Positions 16,783-27,886 of a stretch of DNA of 64,000 nt are shown in pieces. Position 1 is the stretch's first letter; each line of letters opens with the position of its first letter. Both the position numbers and the translations under genes were made by a program. Where the stretch lies: IMG/VR virus record IMGVR_UViG_3300007229_000009; one strand, written 5' to 3'. Source of the DNA: an uncultured virus (IMG/VR IMGVR_UViG_3300007229_000009). Lineage: Duplodnaviria; Heunggongvirae; Uroviricota; Caudoviricetes; Crassvirales. The notes below the pieces were generated by a model. It was not told where the DNA came from. It worked only from the letters and a program-made list of their open reading frames with translations, and ran no database searches.

Positions 16783-19700
16783 TTAAAACATATCATCTAA
16801 AAGTTCTTGTCTTAATCTTCTTTGTTCTTTTTTTATTTCACTTGCCTCATTTGTTCCTTCTAAATCATCTGGAAATAAATCTGGAAAATATTTTTTCTGT
16901 TCTGCTTTAGTCAATCCTCCACCTTTTTTCTTTTTCTTTTGAGCATATTGAGAGAAGTTAAATAGTTTTAAAACAAAGTCTCCAAAACTTTTACTTTTAT
17001 CTAATTGACTCCAATTTTCATAAAACCTTTTTAGCTGTGGAGCTGGTATACCAGTAGTAGCCACTAACTCAGCCATTAATTTATTAAAGTGTTCTTTTTG
17101 TTTTTCAGGGGATGTAGCATTATTCATTCTCACATATAAATCACCCAGTAAAGCTATTTGCCCTAATACTGGAATTGTTGATGGTTTGCTTACCCATGGC
17201 TTACCCGCAGCAGCATCTACTATTGTCTCAGCTATTTTACCATATATAAACAATGCATTTAAATTACCAAGCATAGCTGCAAAAGCAATGTCATCAGTGT
17301 CTTCATCATCCCAGCCTCTTGCTAATCCAGGAAAACCAGAAGATACCCATTGAAAGAATACCGGCATAACCACATGATAAACACCTAGTGTTCGTAAATT
17401 TTGGAACATTGTTCCTCTACCTGATTTAGCGTTTTTTGCAGACAGAAACCCTCCACTCGATGCGAGTCTATATATGTTTCTCATTGCAATAATTTCTTTT
17501 CTAAAGTATTGTTTTGGTGTAGTCAAGAACATATTGAATGCTCTAACCATAGAGCCTTTGCTTTGAAAGTAGTCTTTGTCTTGTAGGTCATAAGACTGTT
17601 GAGTTCTTAATGTATCTTGTTCAAACTTTCTTATTGCATAATCAATTACTTCTTGTTTAGATGCATTAGGGTTTTTCTTTTTATACTGGTTTTTATAATA
17701 CACATAGTTAGGTATACCACCAATTAAGATTGCACCCTTATCACCAGTCATAGTTGTAAACATTAATACTTTTGATATTTTATCTAAATTTTGTTTACCT
17801 AAACCAAAATTAGAAAAATCTCTAGCATTAAGTTCTTCAAATTTACTGTCAGAATAATTTTCTACAGCTCTAGTTATAGGTTTACCATATCTATCTTGTA
17901 AAATTATAGAGTTGTCCATAACTTCTCTGAAGTTTGTTTTTATACTCGCTAAACTTATTGCACTGTTTTTTACCCAGTTCATATAACCTATTTCATTTCC
18001 ATAGGTTACAAATGAAGTCAACTGTTTTAAAGTAAGAGTTGGGTTTAATCCAAGGCGAGATAATAAAAATGTATTGTTAAATAAATTTATAACCTTAGTT
18101 TCACCTTGATTCTGCACACCCTTGTTTGCAATTTTTTCTATCGAATCATTAATATATTGCCACACATCTTTACCATACTTTTCTTGAATTGTTTCTTTAA
18201 TAGCAGGAGATGTAAATATTTTATTAATATTTCTTACTGGAACTGCATAAGCAGCAAAGTACTCCATATCTTTAGTATAATTAATTAGAGCATCCATACC
18301 ATCAACCATTGAGATTGGATTAGAGTTCTGTAATCTAACTTTAGAACTTGCAGCACCTACATTTGTCATCCAAGAATTATTACTGTCAGCTAATAAATCT
18401 AAACCTTCAGAATCATTGGCATTTTTTCTATAAACTCTACCTGCATAAAATTGATTCCAAGGCATGTCTGTTCGGTAAATCTGTTTATATGTTTCGTTGT
18501 AGTGATTATATAAAGATGGGTAGTAGTCATTTATCATCCAACTAGAAAATTCTTTTAATCTAGGATCTAACTTATCCTCTAACTCTTTTCTTATTCTAGA
18601 CTCAAATTCATTTTTATAATTACCAGTAGGTGCAAAAGTATTTATAAAACTTTCTTGAAGCGAAGGATCTTGCATTTGAGAGTAGTAATACATCAACTGA
18701 TTTTGACTTATATAAATAGTATTAGTATCTATTGCCTCATCTAATCCTTTTACTTTTGCTGTTTTTTCACCACTTGTTAAAGATTTATCAGCCAATACCT
18801 TTTCCTTTTCTTTTACTAGTTGGTCATTTTTAGCTTGACTAATTATTATAATCTCAGTCTGTTGAGAGTTTTTAGCGTTGTTTTTTAACCATCTTTTGCC
18901 AAACAATTCAGTCATTTTATTTTCAAAAATATCCTTCTGTCCCATCATCCTAGCCTTGTACATTCTAGTAGCTTCTCTTACTGCTTTTTGTACAATCGTC
19001 TGTGTGTCACCTTCAAATAATTCACCTGGTTGAGTTACAATTCTATCTATTAAGCCTGTTAAATCTTCAGCTGATGCAAATACATTACGATCAAAACTGT
19101 TTAACATTTTATTAATTATGTTTTGAAATCTTTTTCTGACTGTAGGAGGTCTTAATCCACCCTTTCTTTTAGCGTCGATTGATACATCTTGCTTAAGTCT
19201 ATTAAACTCTACATTAATCATTCCCTCTGTTATTTCATTTTCAGAAACTCCTTGGTCTATTAAAGATTGTTTTGCATCTAAATTTATGCCAGTCATCTCT
19301 CTAAAAACTTTCCTTTCATTTTCTCTGTAAGTAATTGCATCATTAAGAAGAACATATTCTAAGTTTGCTCTACCAGTCTCTTGCATTTGATTTAGAGAAT
19401 TTAATACATTAGACAATAAAGTGGTTTTATTTGGATCGTTCATTTCTGCTAAAAATGAATTGTTTATTTGCATAGCTGTAGTAATTTCTGCCAATCTACT
19501 CAATGCATCTTCATCTAAACTGCTTTTAACTTGTGTCCTTTTTTCACTTGTGTTTTTAGAAAACACAAAAGATTTATCTATATCAACCTCTTCTTGAGTT
19601 ATTTTGTTGTATTCTTTTAAAAGCTTTTCATTAGCTTTCATAATCTCATCAGCGGTAGCTTTAGGGTTTACTACCATTGCATTAATTCTTTCTATTTTTT

Positions 19701-22700
19701 TTCTAGTTTCGTTGTCAACTGTTACTCCTTTTAGTCTACCAGACTGAATTGTTTGATACTTCTTGTTCAATATATCAAATATAGATTCCTGTAAAGATTT
19801 ATTTGTTTTAGTAGTGACAATTTTAAACACCTCATTTTTAACAGAGTCAAAATTTTCTTTATTAATTCTATTTACTTTATTAATTAAGTTATCAATTTCA
19901 CCTGGAGTATATAAATCTCTTGGAAGAACCGATCTTATATAATTTCTTAATGCTATTTGTACCTTTTTTAAATTCTTTTCATCAAACTTTATTTCTCTAA
20001 TTCTTTTGTTTATAGCTCTAATTCTTTGTGGGTTAGCTTTTAATGGATCGGGTAAAAGTAATTCTAACAAATCTTTTTCCATAGCCATTTGTTGTGCAGT
20101 CAACCTATTACCTTGAGCACCTTCATTTTGATATTCTTTTAAATTAACAAAATACTCTATTACTTTTTCTCTTATCTGTTCTTCAGTTAATGGTGTGCCT
20201 TTAACAGCTACAGATTTCTTTTTTTCGTTATTTGTTACAAGTCTTTTGTAGTATGCATTTACCTTTTTTAACAATTTTAGACCAGCTAAAAAACCTCCCT
20301 CTATGTTGTTAAAACTTTTAGGAAATGATTTAAATAAATATTTATCTTCATTGTATCCTTCAACCACCTCCATAGCATTGTTTATTTCTGCTGCAGAATA
20401 TGCAGGAACTAACTTGCCATTTACTTCTTTTTTTCTTCTTTTTAAATAATCTTTAATAGCACCATCTTTAAATCCACCTTGTTCCCTACCTATAACAATA
20501 ATTTTTAGAAGGTCGTTTTCTTTATCCATCTTCTGTTGCCTACCCTGTCTATACTCACTGTCTTTAGGTGGTCTTACTCTTTTACCTCTAGAGTCATATA
20601 TAGAGTATCCACCACCTTGACCATACTGATTGTATGGTGCCTGTCTTAGTTTATAACCTTGGTTTAAAGCATCTAATTCTTTTTGTAATCTATATGTATC
20701 GACTTGTGGACTAAAAAAGCCACTGTTATTCATATTATAAAACACATTTATCTCAGCGAGTGTATCTCTTTGTTGCCTCCCCTCTTGAGGTTTAGTGATG
20801 GTTTTTACTGCTGTTTGAGTAGAACCGCCATAAGGAGCTATACTAGAAGTTTGCACTGAAATATTTGTTCCCTCTATTTTCTTTTTTATATTTTCTGGAA
20901 CTATTTCTCTAGCATTTATTTTTGCATCTGGAACTCCCACAACATCCCCTAAGATGTCTGTAGAATAAGTAGAATGATTTGATTTACCTCCTAATCCTGT
21001 TGGCTTTAACACCATCATTATATCATTTTGAGCAAAATTATTATCTCTGTAAAACCCATCTCTTAAAGATTGAGCACTTACAAATCCTCCTAAATTATTA
21101 ATTAATGCATGAAATTTAGTGTTAGGCTTTCTGCTTTGTTCGTTTAGAGCTATTAAGAAGTTTTTTCTTTTTGGACTTTTTCTCATTGCCGACCAACTAT
21201 CAAATTCTTCAAGACTATCTCTTATTGCTTTTGTTGGATTAGTTGCTAATGCATCTTTTTTAAATTTTGCATAATCACCTAAATCTTTAATATATCTATC
21301 AAATACTTTTTTATTAAACAATTTACTAGTTTCAGGTGATCCACTTATAATAAAAATATAATCGGCTGCATCTATGTTTTTGCTTAATTTTGAATTATCT
21401 AAACCACTTGCCCATATAGTTTTTTTCTTTAAGTTTTCTGGTTGTAAAGAAAAACTTGGTCCAGCATCCATTTCAATTCCATCTACATTACCTAGCCCTA
21501 ACTGATCTGCAACCCAAAACCAAACTTTTTGTTTTTTGTTAGAAATATTATCAATAAGACTATTTATATCTATTTTATTTTCTGGAGTAACTAAGGATAA
21601 AGGATAACTATCATTAAACTTTATTTTAGACTGCCTCCCCTCTTGAGGTTTATTTATTTCAGTTGGATTACCAATTGGTGCAGTACCATCTTGAGCTAGT
21701 TGCTCATTTATTTCATCTAATGCAGTTAAGTCAGACTCAACTACTTCTTCACCAGACTGTACTTTTTTAGAAAATGTATTTAAAAAATCAATAACAGCTT
21801 CATCAGAACTTGTAAAATCATTAGAAATTTTTATACCTAATTTTTTTGCTACACTTTTAATAAACTCAACTACTCTGTTTTTAGCAGGTTTAGTTAAAGA
21901 TTTGTACTCTGTAGCCATTAAAGAAAACAACTCAGCTACTCTTTCCTCATTTTGGAACGCACTGTCTTTATATTTATTAGCAAATGCATCCATTCGTTTT
22001 GCTAACATAGAATCATTAGGCAAACTTTTTCTTACAGATTTAATTAATCTGTCGGCTGCTGCTATTGCACCTTTGTCACCGCCGGCAATTTTTTCTAAAA
22101 ACACTGCATGAAATACCTCATGAGCTACAGTTTTATTTTTTGCAGTTGCTAAGTTTATATGAATTACTTTAGTGTTTGGATTATAATATCCATTTCCTTT
22201 AGGTGCAAACTTTTCAAACTCTTCTGTTGTTTGGTGTAGCACCATTTTTACATTTGGAGCAATTTTTTTTATAGCTTTTGCAGCTAACTTGGCTCTTCTT
22301 ATGATTTGTGTGCTTAATTTAGTGTCTTTAACCTTACTACCATCTTTTTGTTGACGGTTTATAGATAAGTTGTCAGAAATAGATTCAACCTCTAACCCAA
22401 CCTCTTGACCAAAAAAGGCGTCAATATCTTCTTGCTCTTCTTTAGTTACTTTCTCTTCCGATTTCGTTTGAGACGCATCTTGGTTTTCTTGGGTGCTCTG
22501 TTGGGTAGTGGTCCCTTTGTTTCCTTTTCCCATCGTTTTGCCATCTCCGGAAGATTGGCGTACATCCATGCTCGTTGTTTTTGACTTTTGAATGGCATTT
22601 TTACTTGTTTTATAATTGTTCCAATTTTGTTTTACTAACTCTCCTTTTTCATTTACTTTATATAAATTAAAATTAGATAAATCTCTTGAATCTGGTTTTA

Positions 22701-25700
22701 AAGTTGAAATTCCACCACTTTTTTCAAAAGTTTTTCTGTTTTGAAAACTTGCACTAGGTATAAATTTATTTTCTCCTTTAGCAACAACAACAAACTCTCC
22801 AGGTTTTAATTTTCCAGAATAAACACCACCTTTTTGGAAATTAGGAGACTGCCTATTGAAGCCTTCTTTTTTTGATGCCGCTTCTAATGGGTTATTGGGT
22901 ACTCTAGAGTCAAAATCTCCTAAATCTTCTTTTTTCCCAATCACTTGACCTCCATCAGCCCAACTAGTAATTGCATCTTTACTCATTGTTCTGTGAGTAA
23001 AAGTATCAGGCTCATTTAATTCCTCTCTAGTAATTTTTTCTTCAGAAACAAATGTAGGGATATTTTCACTTTCCTTTTCTAGCGATGCAGAATCATCAGC
23101 TTGTTCACTTCCAATTTGTGATAATTCATTTTTAATTTCTTCAACTCTAGCTTCTTTTTTCTTGTAAGAACCTAGGTCTTTATCCATCCCTTCCATTTCT
23201 GCTTCAAGACCTTGTCTTTCAAAAATTAATCCTAATGCTTTTTTTCTAGCAGTTATATCTAAATCAACTGGTATAGTGTTTGCCGCACCAGATAAAGTTT
23301 CAAATTGCAATAACTCTTCATTAGCTTGTTTTTGTGTTTTTGTACCATCAGCCACTTGAAGATTTAATTGTTCTTTGTATGCTTTCATGGTAATATTATC
23401 ACCTCTTATTGCATCAAACAACTCTAATGTTGCATCAGATATATTATCAGTTTCACCAACCTTATAGGCATTTACTATACCCCCTGGTATACCCATAACA
23501 AACCCACCTACTGCTTCGGCCATTGCAGCATGTTTAGCTTCTTGCCAAAACTCTTTAGACCACATTTCTGGTTGATCGAACATGTCTTTTTCGTTCATAT
23601 CATTCCATATATCCTTGTAGCCCATTTCTGCTATCTGTTGTAAGCCTCCTGTTTCTGCTTCAGCTAAGGCTGCTTTTGCTACAGAAGTACTAAACTTTAC
23701 TCCTTTATTAGTGTATATTCCTTTGGCAATATTACTTTTAACTATTTTTTCTAATGTAGATTTATATAGTGCGGCAGATGCACCTTGAGGTAAAGTCTTA
23801 GTAACTTGATTCATTAAACCAGTCATTATAGTTTTATTACGCAATAAATTTCTTAGACCATATCTTTCTAATACTGCTACTGTTAATGCTGTAGGGCCTA
23901 AAATTAATTTTCTTTCTCCTTCTGTAACATATTTAAAATCTTCATCAGCATCCATTTCCTCTTGCATTGCCTCAGCTTGTAAAGCTGAAAAAGCTAACAC
24001 TTGGGCTACCCCACCTTTAGAGTCTAACCCTAGTATTCTTCCAGCTATGTTTCTTACATTAGCAAATTGTCCAGTTGCTTTTATTTTACCTCTTGAAGCT
24101 AATGACAACCCTATAGCCGGTAATGACTCACCTAAGCCTAATAAACCCTCGGCTATAATACTGTCTTCTCGCATTTCAGCAATTTTTTCATCAGAAACAT
24201 CATCAAAAGACAATAATTGATTCCAGTTCTTTTTAATAAACTCTTTAGTAGGTTTTTTTGCCGACTTAACTTCTGCATCCAAAACTAATCTATCTAGTTT
24301 GTCTCTTTTGGTTTTGTCTAAATAGTCTGCAGGAACATCCTCATACCCACCTTTACCTAAAATTCCACCTTTAGGATTATATAATTGTAACTTACCATTA
24401 ATGTTTTTTAATTCTTTTCCAGAGTCTTTTAATGCCTTTCTTCCTTCTTTATTTAATTGTGAAGTAAATAAATCAGTATCACCATCTAGTGCCATCTCAT
24501 CTTCTTCACTGAGGCTGTTCAACCAGTTTTGATAAGACTCATCACTATCCATTACATCAGTAGGAACATCATAACCTAAATCTTTTGCAATAGTTATATA
24601 CCTTTCTTTTTTCTCTTCTTCAGTCACACCTGATAGACTTCGTAAAGAAAAATCCTCATTTATAGCTTGACCTATACCATATAATCCGTCTATTCCTAAA
24701 TCAGCACCATATGCAAAAATTTGAGAAATACCTCTTCCCACCACACTATTATAAAAACCTTTTAAAAATGTTCCAGGACCACTTCCATCATTTAATTTCA
24801 TTTCCATGTAGTTTCCTACAGCAGAATGAACTTGTTTTTCTATAGTTCTATATGACTTGAGTTCGTTAGATACTGTTTGTTTAAGTTCGTTTAGTCTTTT
24901 ACCAACCGCTAACTGTTGTTGGTATTTTAACTGCCACTCAGCACCTCTTTCTTGTGAAGGCACCATCATTAAACCATCCATAGCCTCTTCATGCTTGGTT
25001 TTTTCAGTTTGATAAACTTGTGCTCGTTTATTTATAGAAGTAGCTTTAGTTTTTAAATCATCTAAATCCTCATCAACTGCCTTCTTGCTAAAGTATTTTT
25101 TTCTTTTACGATTATTCTCAGCATTAAAAGCCTCTAGCTCTGGGTTAGTTTTTTTATTCTTTTTTAAAAAATCCTGTAACTTGTTAGATTCTTGAGTTTC
25201 ACCACCGAATAAATCTCCAAATATTGGATCGAGGTTTACATTTATGGTTTGACCATTTTCTGCACGAACACTCATTCCATCCATGCCAGACATCATACCT
25301 CCCCCTTCTTCAAAAGTAAAACCATAGTCGCCAAAATGATAATTCATTCTGTTAACCACCTCTTCTTCTTCCCTATCAATTAAATCTGGAGTAACATATG
25401 CTAGTGATTTTTCAAAAACAGTAGCATTGTTGTTGTAGGATATTGTGTCATCCATACCTTGTTCTCTAGGATCATAAGCAACAGTTTCTTCTACCATTGT
25501 AGATGAATCAACCTCTTGACCATCTTTTACATCTGTTACTTCATCAGTAACAACATCAACATCTACTTGTGTTTGTTGTGGAAAGTATTTAGAATTAAAT
25601 GTTTGTTGGTCTAAATCAGTTAATTCATTGTCTTGAAGGTAGGTAAATAGTATAGAGTTATTATCTGTTCCTTGAGCATATTTAACCTTAAAATCTTCTT

Positions 25701-25761
25701 CAGATAAGTCAGTCATCTCGTTATCAACGAGGTATTGATATAGTTCTTTAAACTTATCCAT
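16783..25761 (-). CDS. Giant (2992 aa) polyvalent internal virion/ejection protein with a zincin-like HExxH domain
   Basis: VIHINL...TVAHEVFHAVF...NEERVAELF metallopeptidase-like motif; last gene of the virion arm. Confidence 0.75.
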   Translation of the reverse strand: MDKFKELYQYLVDNEMTDLSEEDFKVKYAQGTDNNSILFTYLQDNELTDLDQQTFNSKYFPQQTQVDVDVVTDEVTDVKDGQEVDSSTMVEETVAYDPREQGMDDTISYNNNATVFEKSLAYVTPDLIDREEEEVVNRMNYHFGDYGFTFEEGGGMMSGMDGMSVRAENGQTINVNLDPIFGDLFGGETQESNKLQDFLKKNKKTNPELEAFNAENNRKRKKYFSKKAVDEDLDDLKTKATSINKRAQVYQTEKTKHEEAMDGLMMVPSQERGAEWQLKYQQQLAVGKRLNELKQTVSNELKSYRTIEKQVHSAVGNYMEMKLNDGSGPGTFLKGFYNSVVGRGISQIFAYGADLGIDGLYGIGQAINEDFSLRSLSGVTEEEKKERYITIAKDLGYDVPTDVMDSDESYQNWLNSLSEEDEMALDGDTDLFTSQLNKEGRKALKDSGKELKNINGKLQLYNPKGGILGKGGYEDVPADYLDKTKRDKLDRLVLDAEVKSAKKPTKEFIKKNWNQLLSFDDVSDEKIAEMREDSIIAEGLLGLGESLPAIGLSLASRGKIKATGQFANVRNIAGRILGLDSKGGVAQVLAFSALQAEAMQEEMDADEDFKYVTEGERKLILGPTALTVAVLERYGLRNLLRNKTIMTGLMNQVTKTLPQGASAALYKSTLEKIVKSNIAKGIYTNKGVKFSTSVAKAALAEAETGGLQQIAEMGYKDIWNDMNEKDMFDQPEMWSKEFWQEAKHAAMAEAVGGFVMGIPGGIVNAYKVGETDNISDATLELFDAIRGDNITMKAYKEQLNLQVADGTKTQKQANEELLQFETLSGAANTIPVDLDITARKKALGLIFERQGLEAEMEGMDKDLGSYKKKEARVEEIKNELSQIGSEQADDSASLEKESENIPTFVSEEKITREELNEPDTFTHRTMSKDAITSWADGGQVIGKKEDLGDFDSRVPNNPLEAASKKEGFNRQSPNFQKGGVYSGKLKPGEFVVVAKGENKFIPSASFQNRKTFEKSGGISTLKPDSRDLSNFNLYKVNEKGELVKQNWNNYKTSKNAIQKSKTTSMDVRQSSGDGKTMGKGNKGTTTQQSTQENQDASQTKSEEKVTKEEQEDIDAFFGQEVGLEVESISDNLSINRQQKDGSKVKDTKLSTQIIRRAKLAAKAIKKIAPNVKMVLHQTTEEFEKFAPKGNGYYNPNTKVIHINLATAKNKTVAHEVFHAVFLEKIAGGDKGAIAAADRLIKSVRKSLPNDSMLAKRMDAFANKYKDSAFQNEERVAELFSLMATEYKSLTKPAKNRVVEFIKSVAKKLGIKISNDFTSSDEAVIDFLNTFSKKVQSGEEVVESDLTALDEINEQLAQDGTAPIGNPTEINKPQEGRQSKIKFNDSYPLSLVTPENKIDINSLIDNISNKKQKVWFWVADQLGLGNVDGIEMDAGPSFSLQPENLKKKTIWASGLDNSKLSKNIDAADYIFIISGSPETSKLFNKKVFDRYIKDLGDYAKFKKDALATNPTKAIRDSLEEFDSWSAMRKSPKRKNFLIALNEQSRKPNTKFHALINNLGGFVSAQSLRDGFYRDNNFAQNDIMMVLKPTGLGGKSNHSTYSTDILGDVVGVPDAKINAREIVPENIKKKIEGTNISVQTSSIAPYGGSTQTAVKTITKPQEGRQQRDTLAEINVFYNMNNSGFFSPQVDTYRLQKELDALNQGYKLRQAPYNQYGQGGGYSIYDSRGKRVRPPKDSEYRQGRQQKMDKENDLLKIIVIGREQGGFKDGAIKDYLKRRKKEVNGKLVPAYSAAEINNAMEVVEGYNEDKYLFKSFPKSFNNIEGGFLAGLKLLKKVNAYYKRLVTNNEKKKSVAVKGTPLTEEQIREKVIEYFVNLKEYQNEGAQGNRLTAQQMAMEKDLLELLLPDPLKANPQRIRAINKRIREIKFDEKNLKKVQIALRNYIRSVLPRDLYTPGEIDNLINKVNRINKENFDSVKNEVFKIVTTKTNKSLQESIFDILNKKYQTIQSGRLKGVTVDNETRKKIERINAMVVNPKATADEIMKANEKLLKEYNKITQEEVDIDKSFVFSKNTSEKRTQVKSSLDEDALSRLAEITTAMQINNSFLAEMNDPNKTTLLSNVLNSLNQMQETGRANLEYVLLNDAITYRENERKVFREMTGINLDAKQSLIDQGVSENEITEGMINVEFNRLKQDVSIDAKRKGGLRPPTVRKRFQNIINKMLNSFDRNVFASAEDLTGLIDRIVTQPGELFEGDTQTIVQKAVREATRMYKARMMGQKDIFENKMTELFGKRWLKNNAKNSQQTEIIIISQAKNDQLVKEKEKVLADKSLTSGEKTAKVKGLDEAIDTNTIYISQNQLMYYYSQMQDPSLQESFINTFAPTGNYKNEFESRIRKELEDKLDPRLKEFSSWMINDYYPSLYNHYNETYKQIYRTDMPWNQFYAGRVYRKNANDSEGLDLLADSNNSWMTNVGAASSKVRLQNSNPISMVDGMDALINYTKDMEYFAAYAVPVRNINKIFTSPAIKETIQEKYGKDVWQYINDSIEKIANKGVQNQGETKVINLFNNTFLLSRLGLNPTLTLKQLTSFVTYGNEIGYMNWVKNSAISLASIKTNFREVMDNSIILQDRYGKPITRAVENYSDSKFEELNARDFSNFGLGKQNLDKISKVLMFTTMTGDKGAILIGGIPNYVYYKNQYKKKNPNASKQEVIDYAIRKFEQDTLRTQQSYDLQDKDYFQSKGSMVRAFNMFLTTPKQYFRKEIIAMRNIYRLASSGGFLSAKNAKSGRGTMFQNLRTLGVYHVVMPVFFQWVSSGFPGLARGWDDEDTDDIAFAAMLGNLNALFIYGKIAETIVDAAAGKPWVSKPSTIPVLGQIALLGDLYVRMNNATSPEKQKEHFNKLMAELVATTGIPAPQLKRFYENWSQLDKSKSFGDFVLKLFNFSQYAQKKKKKGGGLTKAEQKKYFPDLFPDDLEGTNEASEIKKEQRRLRQELLDDMF

Positions 25762-27877
25762 TGAACTTTATTACTTCTTTAGATACTCCTCTTTTGTTTC
25801 TTGTTCTTCTTCTGTCATTTTCTTGATTCAGTATATCTAAAGAGGCATCATATAAAATATCATTTATTTCTGCTGCTTTTAGCGCACCACCCACAAAGAA
25901 ATTTCCAGTATTAACTTCTTTTCCTATTGTTTGCAGTTGACCTTTTGCATCATAATATTCTATAATTAAATCATCACCATCTGGGTTGTCTACAAATGTT
26001 GCTCTGGCACCAGCTCGTAATGATTTTGGTAAGTATAGTTTTAAGACTTTGTCCATACCATTAGTTAAAGTTTCATCACTTGACCAACTAATTCTAGCGC
26101 CTATATCTTGTTCAATAAGTTCAGTTCCTGTTTTCATAGTCTTACCATCATCCCCAAATCCAATAACACTCTTGCTATTGTTCTTTAACTTACCGTCTTC
26201 CATTCCTATAGATGGTAATGAAGAGTATGATGTAATATTTTTACCTTTAAGCACTCTTCGTTTTATTGCAGCAAGTTCTTTAGGATTTAATGATTTATCT
26301 TGATTAACAATCTCAATTTTTAATGCATCTTCATAACCATCATCCCCTGGGTTCATACCCTTGTTAGCTAAAACTTCTTCAGCTTTTTGTGTTGTAAGGA
26401 ATAGTCTATTCTCTCCTCTTGTTGCCTCTCTATCTGAAGATCTAAATCCACCTTCATCTTCATATAATTTGATAGCTTTTCTATACGAACTGTCTTCTAG
26501 ATTAGTAATTAGTCTCCATAATTTTCTTGATTGTGTTTGTGCATCCAGTGGAGTACCATCGTCTCCTTTTCTTTCAACATATTCTTTTGATCCATCTTGG
26601 TAAGTAACCACAATTTGATTATCATTTCTATCAATATTGTCAATCATTCTACCCCCTTTTTCTCTAGCCCTATTGTTCATAGAAATAATTCTATCTTGAG
26701 CAGTGGCATCAAATGTTTCTTTGTCATCAGATATTAATGCATTTACATCATCCATAAATCCAATAAGAGTATCTTCCTCATCTACTTCAGATGGTGGTCT
26801 CTTATCTTCTTGATCTACCTTAACCATGTCATCTATCTGGTCATCTAACGCGAATCTCGCAACTTTTTTTGATTCACCTTCTATACCTAGCCCTTTATAA
26901 CCATCTTCACCCTCTCCTAAAAGTTTATAAACTGGTGTGCCAGAGGCATAACTAACTAAAATCATTTTAGAAGTGTCATCTCCATGCTTTTCTTTAAACT
27001 CATCTACACTCTGTGCTATATGGTATCCTTGACCTGCTAATATTTGCATTTGATCATCATTAGTTGCTGTAAGTGCATCGGCTGAAGAATTTAGCCAATC
27101 CTTATATGTTCTTTCTACATCTTGGCTGTCTCTATACCTAAAACCTTCTTTAGAAAACATTTTACCATCTTCACCAGTATAAGATTTTATAATTCTACCC
27201 ATTGGATCAACTAGCTTTTTAGCCTCATCTGTCAAAACTTTTTTGTTTGACTTCATATTCATACGAAGGTTGATAGCATGTGGACTAACTACTTTGCTCG
27301 GATTCTTTTTTAAATCTGGCATTTTAGTATAAGTACCATCTGGTGCTTTACCCATCTCTACTAACTGTAATTGTCCATTAGCTGGATTAGTCATGAGTAC
27401 TTTGTTTTGTAAATTACCAAAAGCCTCTAAAGAAGTGTTATTATACATTTCACCTGCACTCGCCTCTTCTTTATCAATCCTTTCTAGGGATTTTTGATAC
27501 CACCCGTCCCATTGTTTTATTGCAGTACTATATGAAGAGTATCCTGTTTTTTGTTTCTCCATAAAAAGTTTAAAATCTTTAGGAGTGATTAACCCTCTTT
27601 TTAACAAATCAGATTGAATTTGTAGATTTTTTTTAGACATGTCACTGGCATTAATAATCATTGTGCCAGCATCTTGGCTTTCTACATCAGGAACAGCACT
27701 TAAGTTTTCTATGGCTTCATTAGTCAATTTATCTAACTCATCCTTCCTAGCCTGTCTCTCACCTGCTATTGTTGTTATTCCTGTAGTAATGTCTTGTGCT
27801 ACTTTTCCCCAGTTAACATACTGTTTTTCTAGGTCTCGTTGAGCATACAAAGAGTATTTTTTTGGATCTACTGCCAT
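25754..27877 (-). CDS. Putative internal virion/ejection protein
   Basis: 707-aa helical, charged protein between the pilot-like gene and the giant protein. Confidence 0.55.
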   Translation of the reverse strand: MAVDPKKYSLYAQRDLEKQYVNWGKVAQDITTGITTIAGERQARKDELDKLTNEAIENLSAVPDVESQDAGTMIINASDMSKKNLQIQSDLLKRGLITPKDFKLFMEKQKTGYSSYSTAIKQWDGWYQKSLERIDKEEASAGEMYNNTSLEAFGNLQNKVLMTNPANGQLQLVEMGKAPDGTYTKMPDLKKNPSKVVSPHAINLRMNMKSNKKVLTDEAKKLVDPMGRIIKSYTGEDGKMFSKEGFRYRDSQDVERTYKDWLNSSADALTATNDDQMQILAGQGYHIAQSVDEFKEKHGDDTSKMILVSYASGTPVYKLLGEGEDGYKGLGIEGESKKVARFALDDQIDDMVKVDQEDKRPPSEVDEEDTLIGFMDDVNALISDDKETFDATAQDRIISMNNRAREKGGRMIDNIDRNDNQIVVTYQDGSKEYVERKGDDGTPLDAQTQSRKLWRLITNLEDSSYRKAIKLYEDEGGFRSSDREATRGENRLFLTTQKAEEVLANKGMNPGDDGYEDALKIEIVNQDKSLNPKELAAIKRRVLKGKNITSYSSLPSIGMEDGKLKNNSKSVIGFGDDGKTMKTGTELIEQDIGARISWSSDETLTNGMDKVLKLYLPKSLRAGARATFVDNPDGDDLIIEYYDAKGQLQTIGKEVNTGNFFVGGALKAAEINDILYDASLDILNQENDRRRTRNKRGVSKEVIKFNG

Positions 27878-27886
27878 AGTTTATAA

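Noticed and set aside
16783..25761. Virion RNA polymerase as in crAss-like or N4-like phages
   Set aside because: No convincing catalytic DxDxD motif in context (LDGDTD and GDFDS lack support); cannot be excluded without a structure search
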